NCBI GenBank assembly: GCA_013239625.1
Contig: MU053933.1
Span: 1,056,001 to 1,120,000 of the forward strand
DNA from: Lama guanicoe
Taxonomy: Eukaryota
Length of the DNA: 64,000 bases
Direction of reading: 5' to 3'
Part shown: one piece after another, positions 31,661 through 55,179 of the stretch
Layout: the number at the start of each line of letters is the position of its first letter
Numbering within the stretch: the stretch's first letter is position 1
Notes under the pieces: generated by a model
The model's input: the letters and a program-made list of their open reading frames with translations, nothing else
What the model was told of the DNA's origin: nothing
The model's database searches: none
Translations under genes and position numbers: made by a program

Positions 31661-33895
31661 TCCAAGAAATTTTAATATAGTTAAATAACCTGGAATGTCC
31701 TGGACCCTGGGACATAAGCGTATGTTTTAACCCCAAACTTGAGAAAGAAGAGGCCTTGAGACAGCTTTCCCCACCAGACACAGACACATTTCCTGTGGCC
31801 TTGCTTTGCTAGGTTTCTTTGCCAGCAGGCGGCTTTGCCCAGGTTCTCCCCATCACTGACGCGCAGATCTGCAAGGACTTCCTCTGGTGCTGTCCAGCCC
31901 ACTCCCAAGTGCTCCGGGGCCAAAGTCTCGTCTCCTCCTCTCCTGACGTCAATTAGACCAAGGCCCTGGCTTACTGAGATCAGCAAACGCTCCCAGGGCA
32001 GGGCTGGCTTCTTGTGGTTTCTTGCTTCTCTGTTTCTTGGCCTCTGGGGACACACACTTCCTGGGTCCAGGACATTCCAAACTATGAAAAAAATGATCAC
32101 ACTAGACCAAGATAAGCAGCACTCACAGGAGTCTGGCAGACAGAAAACCCAAATCCACTCAGGAGAAATGCATGTTTAACCCAGGACTTGGGAACTCCCA
32201 CAAAGAAGAGCCCATAAACACGAGCTTCCAGTACAGGAGCCAGCAGAGACGGGAACAGAAGGGGCATGAGAACAGAACCCACCATTTGAAATTATGCTTG
32301 TAACGTTGTACCCAGCATCGCTACATGTTTTGTAACCGGAGGGTTTTCGTAGTATCTAGTGACTGACTACTGCCAGAGACAGACATCGTTACGCATGTTT
32401 TACAGCACAGTTTTGGGAACATCCGAAGTAACTATAACTTTCCTTATTCCCTTATTTTTTTCTTTACTAAAAGCCTTTAAATTTACTTTTCCTGTTGCTG
32501 AGCAATCTTTTTTTTTAATTCTCTTTCATTAAAAAGAAAATTATCTTAATAACTTAGTAATATGGTCATCCTAAACTAGTTTTAAAACGACGTTATTGAA
32601 AGTTTTGTAAAAGTTCTGTAATTTTAAGACACAGAATTAAATTATATTAATTAACACAGGAAAATGCCATAATATATCTCCTTTGGGGATTACAAAGAAT
32701 GCATGTGTTAGATCAGAACGCAGACCTCGCTCATGCGTGAGGAAGGTGCGATCGCTGAGTATTTTAATTTTCCTCTTTAGCCGAAACACCTTCAAGCTCA
32801 GGACCCATCACTGGGTCCAAGTGATGCTCCAATTATCTAGTTATCTTAAAAAGAAGGTTAATTCACCCTTGAGTGGGGCAGGGGGTGGGTTCTAGTAGTT
32901 TAGATAGAATACTACATAATTAATTGAGGATTATAGACAAACATAGGATTTTGAGGTTTTGCCTAAAAATGTTGGGTCAGTACTCGCTAGAGCTCCAGGC
33001 AGGTGACAGGTGCCTGCAGAAAGACTCGGGCAAAGAAGTGACAACTGGAGGAACAACCCCTGCTCTCAGCAAAATCTAGTCTACAGTTTTCCAGCTGACA
33101 CTACAATCTTCTCTCCACAAATATTCTTGAAACCACCGGCCTTCCTCCAGCCTCTGCTTGGTTTTTCTGTTTTCTATTTGCCTCTTGCACTTGGCCCTGT
33201 TGTTTCTGTTCCTTTTTGGCCAAATGCAGCGTCGGCCAGCATCTACCTCCACACAGAGCAGGTCCAGCTCCCCCACCCCCAGGCGTAGGTGCTGCTCTTA
33301 ACACACTGTTGCCATAGTTACCTTCACATCCATAATCCTCTTGCTTCATTGAAAACCATTAAGATGCCCACCCCCCTCCCCAACCGGGTCACTCCCTCTG
33401 CAGCGCTGCCCTCAAGCAGGTGCCCCTCCTCAGGCTGGTGCCCCCACCTCCTTGACTAGGGGAGGTGTTTTCACTTGGTTCTTGAGTCTTAAGACCCCAG
33501 CTGGACATCTACGTTAGCTGACTGTGCCCCGAGGCTGGTGGGAGGGAACGGGGGCTCTGGATTCCTTGACGGACAGTGATGTGGACGTTCCAATTCTCAA
33601 TCAGGGCCCCCAAGTGGCAGCTGTGGCTTATCGCCTTCAATTTTCTTCATCACCTGTAAGGTCAGCACAGTTCACAAAGACAAGCGAACACTTTTCCCCA
33701 GAGACAAGAGTTAATCTGGTTTGAGCAAAGCATGATTCTTCCATAGCATGTTTTCTTCCTGCCTCCTGTAGGGACAAGGACTCCTTTCTCATTATTACCC
33801 TAAGGCTGAGCTGTTGTCTTTGCCTCCCAGGGTGGATGGTGACAGGTCCCATTGCAGCCACTTGACTCCAGAGTCCCCTTTGACAAGGGTCTGGG

Positions 33896-34583
33896 GGTTA
33901 CTGAACCAGCTTCTTTTGCCCGACGCACAGAAGCCAAATGTTGAGACGCCAAGGTTTGCGGCAGGCAGAGAAAAATTTATTCACAAGGCAGGGAAGTGAG
34001 AAGGTGGGTGAACAAATCTCAAATCCACCTCTGGAAGGCGAGGGGCTTGAGGCATTTACGAGATGAAGAAGCAGGCGGTGTCAGGTGTGGGGACAGGAGG
34101 CTTCAGGTCGGGAAAAGGTGAGGCACAGGCATATTTGAGTTACGTGTTACTTCATGGGAAGCACGTTAAAAAAAAATGGAGGAGCTTAGCATGACTGCGG
34201 GTGACGTTTTCTGCCCTCTGACCCCAAAAGGTCAATCATCACACACCTGCGGCTTCCACAGGCCCAGTTTTGGGGTTGGTGATCCCAATAGTTTTAGCCA
34301 GCTTGAACTGGACAGAAGCCCACCCCAAGTCCCTGGAAAACAAATGAAGCCCCTGTTCCTACGGTGATCCATACCTCAGAGGTGTTATCTACAGGGGTGG
34401 TTAAGGAGTCAAAAACAATTAAGGTAAGCTTGCTCAGTGAAGGCGGGTTAAAAGTAGAGGAGTTTTGAGCAAGCTGTCCCTTAGCTGCTGTTCTGTAAGA
34501 CAAGCTCTAGAATTTCTGTTAGTCAGCAATTTCTGTTAATCCCACGGGGAAGCTTTTTTGTTAATCCTACGGAGCACGGTTCA
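33896..34583 (-). mobile_element. ERV1-type solo LTR about 700 bp upstream of the NDUFV3 ATG
   Basis: Ends ggttactgaacc.../...cacggttca (TGA..AAC[C] on the minus strand); minus-strand AATAAA at 33976-33981; aagccaaa..gagacgccaaggtttgc resembles recalled laurasiatherian ERV1 LTR U5 ends. Confidence 0.7.
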
Positions 34584-35289
34584 CGCAGCACCTGTTTTGC
34601 CCCGTTTTCCTGCCACCTGAATGAATCTCGCCTCAGCCCAGGTGGAGGGCCCCTCCCCGGCGGAGGTGAGATGTGGGCGCGCTCTTCTTGTATGGACTCG
34701 CTCCCAGCACCGGTATGGCGGGAGTGGGCGTGAAGACATGCGTGGTACGGAGAGGAGGAGGCCAGTGACTGACTACACCCACTCCCTGACTACGCCTAAC
34801 TTGCGGCCCATCTGTGCACTGCAACCTATAAACATGCAGGTAGACTAAGAAGCTCGCATTTCTGATCTGCCCAGCTCGGGGACTAGTGCACTCACAGGCC
34901 AAGAGCGCGTCCACGGTCCCACCAGAGGTGGCCCTGCAGGATGACCACAGGTGACCACTCGGCCGGAGGACAGACACCCGCAATAACCACCTGAGCGTCC
35001 CAGCGCCCAGGCGGCTGAGCCGCCCGGGTCCGCGGGAACCTGTGATTGGTCGCTCCGCCCGGGGGCGTGGCCTCGAGGCGCAGCGCCGGGAAACGCGAGG
35101 CCGCCGGGGAGCGCGCGCAGGGCCTCCGCCGTGGTGCGTGCGCAGCGGCTGCTACCCCGCCCCGCGCCCGTCTCTGCCTGTGATTGGTGCCCCGCCCCAG
35201 GGGGCGGGCCTTCCGGAGGTAGTGCGCGCGCCGCGGCCGCGTCCGTGCGGTGCGACCTCCGCCCTCCCGGCCCGCGCTGAGTTGCAGCC

Positions 35290-45780
<10,491 letters not shown>

Positions 45781-45831
45781 GAGCTCTGTTTAAAGATAAA
45801 CCTTCTGTTGTCCCGCATTCTTGCGTGCAGA

Positions 45832-45837
45832 AATAAA
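45832..45837 (+). terminator. NDUFV3 poly(A) signal AATAAA
   Basis: Canonical hexamer about 50 nt after the stop, followed by GU-rich ggcgtgtgtgactggtttcc. Confidence 0.75.
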
Positions 45838-48816
45838 ATCTGCTCGGCAGTCCTGAGGCCTGGCGTGTGTGACTGGTTTCCCTTCCGCACCTTTCGTAGG
45901 GAGAGGTGAGTCAGCCTCACTCCCGCTGCTGGTTTGCTCACTGCGTGTTTAGAAACATCTGTGTGCAGGGAATTTTTCTCTCACTACATAGTAGGTCTCA
46001 CTGAGCAAATCCACAAAACTAGAGAACTAGGTGCTTCCGTCAGTGTGATGCCGCTGTGTTGAGCCCCTGGTCGGTTTTGCATTGATCTCATTTACCAGCA
46101 AGATGTTAAATGCAGTGGTGACTTCTAATTTGGTAGGTGTAGTTCTTGATAAATTGGAAATGGGATTTTTATCCACTTCAACTACTACTTTGCAAAGATA
46201 CTATGGTGTTAAAGTACAGCATTTTGTTACCAGAACGTTGTTCCCTCGAATCAGGCACGCGCCATGAGCTCAGGCAGCGCTGAGAGGCGGGGTGAGGGGT
46301 GGGGGTCGTGTGGGGCCCAGCAGCAGCGCCTGCCCCGTGGCCCCACGGGCTGCGTTCATTCGGCCACAGAGGATCTCTGGGATGGCCGAGGGACTTCCCA
46401 GCACTCGTGGAAGCAGGACTCACCTGGAGGCGACCATGGTGTGAGCAGGCCCCAGTGTGTCAGTTGCTATCTGCACCACACACCTCGTGGGGACAAAATA
46501 AACAGCTCTGGGGAAGTCACACATCCAGATGAGACCACTCACCAGGTGAGGGACGGCGTCCATCTGGCGGGACGCAGGTGCCCCTAAAGGAGACTGCGCC
46601 CCGGGGGGCGTGTCACCGTTTGCCTGTTTTCACACCTCCCTGCTCGGCTCTGTGCCCAAACTCATGGGCTTTATTTCATTTCGGTTCTGGTTCTTGGCCT
46701 CTAGTCAGTTTACAGCAGACAGAACAGTGTGTGGTAACTTACGACTCACATTTCTATAATCCTGCAGTTCTTAAAATGAGTCCAAGCCAAGAGTAAAACA
46801 GAGTGTTGAAAACCAGTATAGTGATCTGCCTCAGATTTTGTCACCACCCAAGAGGCTTAGCAACTCAGCAAGGTTCTTCCAATCACACTTTTTATTATAA
46901 TAGTACTAAAGCCACATTACCAAAAGGAAGAAAATGGAAAATAGTAAGATTGCCTAAAATCCACAGCGTTAACCCAAGCATTACTAACACTTGGCATGTC
47001 TGCCCGGTGGGTTTGGTCAGATATGACCCTGTAACGTACATACAGTTTCGCATCCTGCTGGGGTTTTTTCTTACTTCGTTTAATTGCCTGCTTCTCATAC
47101 CGTGCCCACGGAACCCCTGTGATGCGTGGGGGGCGTGGGGGGCGTGGACTGTACAGCCACAGAGTGCGTTTCCCTGTTAACACCACGGAGGGAAGTTCTT
47201 TCTACATGAAGATGAGTCTGAATGTACTTTCCTTTGTGTGAAGTGTTTCCCTTGGAACAGTCTGGTTGGGCTAATCTTTCGGTCTCCTGGGGGGTTCGGT
47301 TCCCCCGCCTCCTGAAAAGGCTGGAGAGGCCTGGATACACAGCACCGGGCACCTGGTGGCATCACGGCCGTGCCCCGCCGAGTGCAGCGTTTTGGATTTG
47401 TGGTGTTTCCTGTGTTCTCGTTCCAGGAGCATGGCCAGAAACGCCTGTGTGGATGTAATTCGTTTGCATTTCGTGTTGTTTCCTCAAGATGAATTTCCAG
47501 ACACTGCGCTGATGAATGACAAGTGATTTGGGGACATTCGTATTGCTTTCGCTTCTGTGAGGTTTTTTAACTTGCTCAGTACATTTGAGTTAAATGAAGT
47601 AATTATTTCCCCTCCATCTTAATTTTTCCTGTCACATCACCTGAACTCTGGCGTCTCCCTGGACGTTTGTTCTCCTACACCTGCTCCAGCAGATACCTGG
47701 CACCACGGGAGGCTGTGCAGAGACCCAGGTCCAGGCCTTGCTTACTGTGGATCTTCGCCCTCATGTTTACTGGCAGCTGGTTAATAACTGAAACCCAGCA
47801 GGTTATCGTGCAGCTTTTGTGTTTTGACGGTTTATATTCTGCCCATCTCCCCACCTGGCGTTCAAAACCCAGAGACATGCTCAGTGACTCACCCTCGCTA
47901 CCCGGCGCCATCTGACAGTGGCCTGCTGCCTTGCATGCAGGAAACAGTCAAAGGTGTGCAGAATGAAATCACTGCGCCACATACTACACCGTGCAGGGTG
48001 CTGCTGCATGAGCAGAATTACGCAAAACTGACGCGTTGTCCTGATAAAGCAGGCAGGGCATGCTTTTCTGCGAATGGGCTGGAGAGTAAATACTTTCTGC
48101 TTGGCTTTGCCATAGTCCATGTGGCTCAGTCTTTCCTTTTTCCCACCCTTTAGAAACGTTAAGAACCGTTCTTAGCTGTGAGCCTCATGAAGGAAGCGGA
48201 GAGTGGGGTTTGTCCAAGGATCGCACTGTGTGGACCCCAGTGTTCAGGGGCTGCCGCAGATCGTTTAACTCGGTGGAAGGCTGTCCGGAGAGAAGCCTGG
48301 CTAAGTGGTGGGGCTTCAGGTGCTCAGCACCCTGGTTCTGCCTTCACCCCCGCCCTCCTTCCCTGTGCCCTCCTCTAGCCCTTATTCTAAAGGGGATCTG
48401 ACACAAAGACTAAGATACAAAAGGTAACAGCTGAAGTGATGCCCTCTTTGGAGAAGCTGTCCCTCTTACAGGCCTGTAGTCAGCACCAGTCTAAACACTG
48501 ATGCTCCACAGCCTGGGAAAGGAGGCACGTGAGAAGCCAGTGCAGGCCACGTGCCAAGTCTCAATGACAGGAGCAGACTCTGGGGACAAGATGGGGATGG
48601 GGGTTCATCAGAGAAGGCTTTGTGGGGCATGGTGCCTAACCCAAATGTTGGGAGGTGGCCAGGGATTCACCAGGTGCAGGGGGAACTGGTGGAGCCCTGC
48701 AGGGTGGCCTCCAAGGCATCGGGGTGGGGATATGCCAAGACCTGGACGCTGAAAGCATCAGGTTTTCAGGAAGCTGTAAGCATTGCTAGACTAGCCTTAA
48801 GTACTGGGGGCTGAAC

Positions 48817-49163
48817 TGTGGAGCTCAGCCCACCAGGATAAAATACAGCAGGCCTTTTGTCTCACGGTTCTGGAGGTTGGAAGTCCAAGAGTAAGGTGCT
48901 GGCTGATCCCACGCCTGGTGAGAGCCCTCCTGGCCTGCAGACAGCCGCCTGCCCCCTGGGCCCTGGCGTGGCAGGGAGTCAGAGGGCGAGCTTTCTGGTG
49001 TCTCTCTGCAGGAGGACACTAATCCCATCTCGGGGGCCCCACCCTCATGACCCCTCTAGCCCCAATTTCCTCCCCCAGGGCTCCACCTCCAAATACCATC
49101 ACACTGGGGGTTAGGGCTTCAACGTGCACATTTCAGGAAGAGGCAAACATTCAACCCATAACA
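48817..49163 (-). mobile_element. MLT1A-like MaLR LTR
   Basis: tctcacggttctggaggttggaagtccaaga...aggacactaatcccat...aaataccatcacactgggggttagggcttcaac...aacattcaacccataaca. Confidence 0.85.
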
Positions 49164-50711
49164 GGCTCTGTCCTGTAGGAGAGGAATTTAACTGTCTGTT
49201 TGGTTTTTTTTTTAATACTGGTAATTTGTTTGAAATATTCTGACCAAAAAATGGGGGAAGGGGTGAGCTGCAGAGACGGTGAAAGAACTCTTAAGTGCTG
49301 ATGTCTGCTGCAGCTGGGTGACAGGCACACGGAGGTGCACAGTTCTGCTCCTTCCAACTTTCACAATAGAACGAGCTTTAGAAATCCTCCTAGTTACATG
49401 GAGAATAAAACTGAGAGGAAGACGCGAGGCAGGAAGAGGAAACAGGCCACTTTCTAATTTCTCCAGGCAGAGTGAGGGTGTCCTGCCTGCCAGCCCGGCG
49501 CCCCTCGGTGGCGGGGTGGCCAGGGGGCTCGTGGGGGTCTGGGCAGCCCAGCCAGCGGCCGCCCTGGAGGGCAGCTGCAGCAGTGTGTGGACGCCCCACA
49601 GCAGGCAGGCGTCTGCGGTCTGTGATGCCCGCTCATCTGACAAGTGGCTTGTACGTTCCCTTCAGGCTCAGAGGCACGGAGCGAGCTGCTTTGACAGTGA
49701 CCACGCGTCTGTTTCTTCTCTCTGCTCTCACCTGTATTTGACACAATTCTTCAGTTCGGGGAAGTTTTCCTGGAGTGTATCTCTGAGTATGTTTTCCTTT
49801 CTGTTTCTTTTCCACGCGTTTGGACATAACCAGTGTTAGCGCTTTTGTCTGTCCTCCGCGTGTTCCATCTTCTAGCAGCCTTTCTTCAGAGACTCTATCT
49901 CCACACGCCCTCGGCAGGAGTGAAACCCAGCCACTTGGAGATGAACCGACTTGCTGATGACCCGGGGATTGGAGAGCTGGCGCGGGGGCTGGGTGGCAGG
50001 ACGACAGACCCACAGAACTGTCAGAAACCCTGACTAAGGAGTCACGCAAACCCAAGAATCCAGAGGAGGGAGAAGGGAGTCAGGAGGCGGCCCGAGAGGG
50101 CCACTCAGCTCGGCTTTTGGAGCGAGTTAACCGGGGCCTAAGATAGAAACTGAGAACAGCAGCTAGGCTCTGCGTGGCCCTGGCGGGCCGCTGCTTGATT
50201 TACTGGGACTTTCAGCATCTCTTGAAGAAAATGTTTTTCTGAGGTTTAGCAATTCCTCCTTTTTTACTTCAATTTCTTTTTCTCTTAACATTTAATAATT
50301 TAACGCTTTTTATTTTTAAAAATGTCAGAGTTCTTTTATGCCTGATAGATTTTTGGACAGACTTTTTAAAATTAATTATTAAAGTTTTTAAAATGTATTT
50401 TAAAAGGTAAACTTCTAATTTTTGAAAAAAATCAAAGCTTCTAAAAATATTCTATCAATCTTAAAAACATTTTTCTTAACGCATTTATTATAAACTTTAC
50501 TAAACTACTTATAAATAGTCTAACTTTCAAATACTTTTAAACTTATAAAGTAAATTTTTATTGGATATGTATTTTTCTTAGTGAGATACATTGAAACTAT
50601 TTTTTTTTCAATTAGTTCCTACATCCATGAATGACTATTGCTAAAGGCTAAAAGAGGTTCAATAAAAATTAACAGAAATAAAAGAGAGTGAGAGAAGGTA
50701 TAGACGATTAT

Positions 50712-51330
50712 CAAGGATGAATTCCGGTTTTGTGGAGCCTGAAGCTTGTAGAACTTGGAGAGCTCTTTTAAACAAAGATAATGCAGAATTGTGAGTTCAA
50801 AATTTAGGTATGAAAGTGAGTATTATTTAGAATAAGAAAAAAATAGCTTATAAATTTTAAAAGTTGGCAGATACCATAAACATCGCAAAATCCAGGAAAA
50901 GGACACGATGCTTTATTAACTGCGTGCCACACTGCCTGTGCCAGGCAGCTAATGAGACGTCGTTTGGGGGTGCGTGCCTTTTCATTCCTTCTCCACGTGG
51001 CGATCTCATAGTACTGTGCTGCCAGAATGTCGAGATAATTCAGCCTTTCCTCCTGCGGGGTTGGGCAGCTTGGTTTTGGATAGTTGGATGCACAGAAATT
51101 GACCGCACACAGATGCGCTTGCTGTTTGTCTTCAGACGCAGGAATCCCGGTTCGCCTGACGAGAGAAAGGCAGGCCTGTGTTCACCTGCACACGCGCCTC
51201 CCGGCGTGTCCCTCACGGGAGAGAAGCTGTTTGTCTAGGCACAGTGAGAACCAGATCCTGACACAGTTCTTCATGACTGAAAGAATTTTCCACCGACTAG
51301 CTTCTGGCTCCATGCGTTTCAGAACTTGCT
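50712..51330. mobile_element. Zaphod/MER115-like hAT-Tip100 DNA transposon fragment
   Basis: ggttttgtggagcctgaagcttg...aaaatttaggtatgaaagtgagtattatttagaataagaaaa...accataaacatcgcaaaatccagg matches the recalled Zaphod end. Confidence 0.7.
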
Positions 51331-51377
51331 TCTTATCTGCCCCCGCCTCCGTCTCCTGCCCAGCCTCTCAGGACGTG

Positions 51378-51552
51378 GTCATTGCTCACGTTCGTGGTCA
51401 CTGCGTGTTTGTGGCCACGCGATACATTCTATCTCCGGTTCACGTCACAGGTTGGTAGTCATGCTACGTGTTCGTAGTCACATCACACGGTCCTGGTCAT
51501 GTCACATGGCCGTAGCTCATGTCTGTGATCCTGTCACGGGTCACGTTCATAC
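51378..51552. repeat. Degenerate minisatellite, about 18-20 bp period (gttcgtggtcacgtcacac-like)
   Basis: Recurrent gttcgtggtcac / gtttgtggccac / gttcgtagtcac / gtcctggtcatgtcac. Confidence 0.55.
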
Positions 51553-54500
51553 CGCAACACCCCCTCCGGTCACCACCATGACATCAGCGCGCCTGGCACA
51601 TCAGCTCATGGGAAGGAGGAGGGTGAAAACGTGAAGACGGAAATGGACGTCCCAGAAAGTGGGCTGTTCAGAGTCCGGTTAAGAAGCAACACTTCTTATG
51701 AAATGAGGTTGAAGATGTCTCTTTATTGACCCTGTCGGCTGACTCCCCCGCTGAGCTGGGTTGTGGCTGTTGGGACAAATCAGGGCACAGAATGTGGCCG
51801 GGGCAGCTGTGCCAGCCTAATATCTAAAGCAGGCAACCGGAGGCCTGCAAACGTGGGAAGACCAGAAGGAAACGTCTTTGTGCTTTCCTTGGTGGCCGAG
51901 GCCTGGCTGACCACCTGGCTCCCCTCGGCAAGCGGCCCCCAGGCTCCGAGGGCCACTCTTCCTGGGCCAGCCACGCTCTGTCCTCGGGCGCCAGCCGGAC
52001 CCGCCCTCAAGGCATGCAGTCCGCCCTGTCTCCTTGGCCCCCTAGTATTTTTTTTCCTTTTTCTTTTAAGCACTGGCTTTGAAATCTTACGAAATCCAAA
52101 CTAATCAGAGCCTGGGTTACAAGTTTATCCCGATGCTTTTAGTTCATCAGAAGCCTTGCCAAGGGTTTTCAAGTGTGGGGCTTAAAATACATCACCCTCC
52201 ACTCCGAGCCAGCTGGGGGAAACCAAAGGAAAACACCGTCTCCTTCAGAACATATGGCAAGTCGCTGCTGTAGGAATAAGGGAGGAATCAGAAAAGAAAC
52301 GATGTTCCAGTACAAAATTAAAATGTAGGCTTATGGCATGGAAACAGACAATCATCACACCACCGGAAGCTGTTTTCAGAGAGCATTGTTAAACTATAGA
52401 GTTGATTGGGGGAAAAAAGAGGGAAAGGCAGTGGTGAAAACTGACACTGGGCACCTGACCATCCCCTCTGAGATGCTGACGGGAAAGGAAGGAGACATGT
52501 TTAGGACAGAGTTAAGAAGTCCGCTCTGTGCAGCGAGGTTCGTGGGCGGGACAAGCCCTGGCCTGGGCCTCGCGGTCCTACAAGCTGACGCTTTTCTTGC
52601 TTGCGGCTTTCAGGTCCCACCTTTCCCCTTCACATCCCGCCACAGTGTCCTTTATAGCATCCTGATGGCATCAGCAGGTGTACAGGTGCATGCAGGGGCC
52701 AGCTTAAAGAGCTCGTGGTACTCGAACCCTGTTGAAGGCTTCTTTCCCAGCATCTTTTGATGCTGTATTTTTGCTCAATCTTACGTCATCTAAAAGCATG
52801 ATTCTGTCTTCTGCCTGTTAAGCATTCTGGGGATTTCCACTATGTTCTCCTTTCACTGAACATTTGATTTGTCATTAAGGATCTGACAACACAGAGAGGA
52901 GGAACTTTTATCTCGTGTCACTGGATAGTCAACGTTTTAGGTATCTGAATTTATTACTGGAGTTAGAGAGTCTTTAGAAAAATACGTGTATGAGAAAAGG
53001 AGACTGTTGTGTCCTTGCAGAGGTACGGGGTTAATACATAATGCATGAGCCTCTGTAACAGATCGTTGTAATTCATCATAAAATTTGCAGATGACTCACA
53101 GATGTGTGGCCTGTTCCTCCGTCGCTAATGGCCTCAGGCTCTGGCTCAGAGGAGTTCTGGGCCAAGGAACCTGGCAGCCGCCACAGTTCTGGTGATAGTC
53201 CCAGGGAGGGACTCGTCCGTTGTCAGCAGCGGTGAGGATGGCAAACCAGTACAAGGCTGCGTGGGGGCCTGCTGGTGAGGGAAGAAGCCTGGGTCCTTGG
53301 CACGTGGAGGAGGCTCTTTCTGACCGCGAAATTCCTGCCGCTGATTTACTCAAATCTGTCTGTCTGCGAGGTCGGCGCCCCCCCCACCCCCCGGGGCACA
53401 TCAGAGTGGCCTGTGAGCGCAAGCCCGAGGACAGAACTGGGCTTGGGGGGCGAGCCCCAGCCAGGTGCCCGCGTGCCCCCACCACCTGATGCAGACGGTG
53501 CCCGAGGTTCGACTGTGTGCCGTCCCTGGTCCGCCGCCTCAGGGTGGAGCTGCTCCATGCGACCTCATGGGAATTGCCCAAGGGTGCCAGCAAGAACGCT
53601 GATCCCTGGCTGGGTGGGCACAGGGCGCGGACCGGCAGGACGAAACGGAGGGGAAGCTGATCTTGTTCCGGCTGCAGTCAGGAGGGCCTCCGCCAGATCT
53701 CGGTCTCAGCAGAGCGGTCCTGCCTTGGCTTCTGCAGGAGGGCCCTTGGGGGACGGCCGTTAGTTCACTGAGAAGAAATGTGTATCCGTGTCTAGCTGGT
53801 TTCTCAGGGACAATTCTAGTCTTAGCCAACTATCCACGAGACAAAGAGGACTTTGGAGGGTCTGTGTAAAAGGGCGTCTCCTGTGAGCCCTGTAGGAGGC
53901 ATGAGGAAACGCAGACAGCAGGTCTTGTCTAAGTCCTGGGGGACACGGGAGGCGGGTTCCTGGGGCTCAGCACCAATAATCTGCACTTTGGACAGGTGCT
54001 CAGTGACTCAGAAGCAGGTGGAGCTGGACCAGACGTCGAGAAACTCCGCTCTGGGGCGTCCGAGTGATGTAGGAGTGCCCTGCTGCCCCGGGACACCTTT
54101 GGCATCTCCTGGTCCTGTGATAACCTGAGACGCAGAGGCAGGGAGTTGCACGTCTCCAGGGTGGGCTACTGCCTGCCCGTGAGGATGCTTTCCCACATCT
54201 GACACTTGGGAGACCCCCACCCACGATGGAAGAGGAGCCTCACCAGCCCCGCTGCACAGAGGGTCTGTGGTGTGGACAGCTCCACTGGCATCTGACCTCT
54301 GCCCTCTGTCCTCAGTGACCTTTATGAGCTTGTCCCATCTCACCCTGATTTGGTCCAACCAGAACCCCCGGGCATCTCCACAATGAGTCTCAGCGCTGGG
54401 TGGACACGTGGTGGCCATTCCCAAAGGGCGCAGGCTGCTTTCAGCTGCCCCCTCCCCGCTCCCGTGCACTGGCCAGGCCCTGCAGGACACAGGATGCACC

Positions 54501-55179
54501 GGAAGCCCGAGTAACCTGAGGTCACTTCGCCCAGGCCCTGGCCGCAAGCTGTGGCCGTGGGCTGCTGCAGCGCTGGTTCCTCAAGTGGGGTCACCAAGGT
54601 CAGCCAAGGGCAGGGGGGCGTGCCCAGAACCCGGGGAGGCGGGCGAGTGCGTGAGGCCATGGCAGTGGGCAAGGGCCGCGCACCTGTGGCGACCTGGGTG
54701 TGACCCCCCCCCCGCTCCCCACCTACCCTGTGAATTCTGACAGTGCTGCCCTGGGCCAGCCAACCTGGGAGCCAGAGGAGCCGCCTAGGCAGGAGCTGGG
54801 GTTGCTCCCAGAGGCAGCATCCCCGCTTTCCCTGCGGGAGCCACACCAGCCTTTCCCGTCCCTCCTAAAACAGGACGAGCTCCCTGAAGGGAACGCCTCT
54901 TCCAGGGCATAGAGGGTGCCCACGAGGACCCTGAGGCTACGTCATTCATTGACATCTGTATTTTTGTTTGCTTCTATACTTGAGCTTTTCATAACGTGTG
55001 TGTTATTTGATGATAAAATCTCACACAACTGGTTTAAGCCGCATGTGGAGCGGCACCTGGGCTAGATGCTGGGCCCTCTGCGCAGGCTTGGGCTAGGGGT
55101 CCTGCCCCACTCAGGGTGGCCGGGGGGAGGCCCCTGGGTCCCCGGGGTGCTGTGCTGAGGTCGGGGCTGTGCCCACGGT

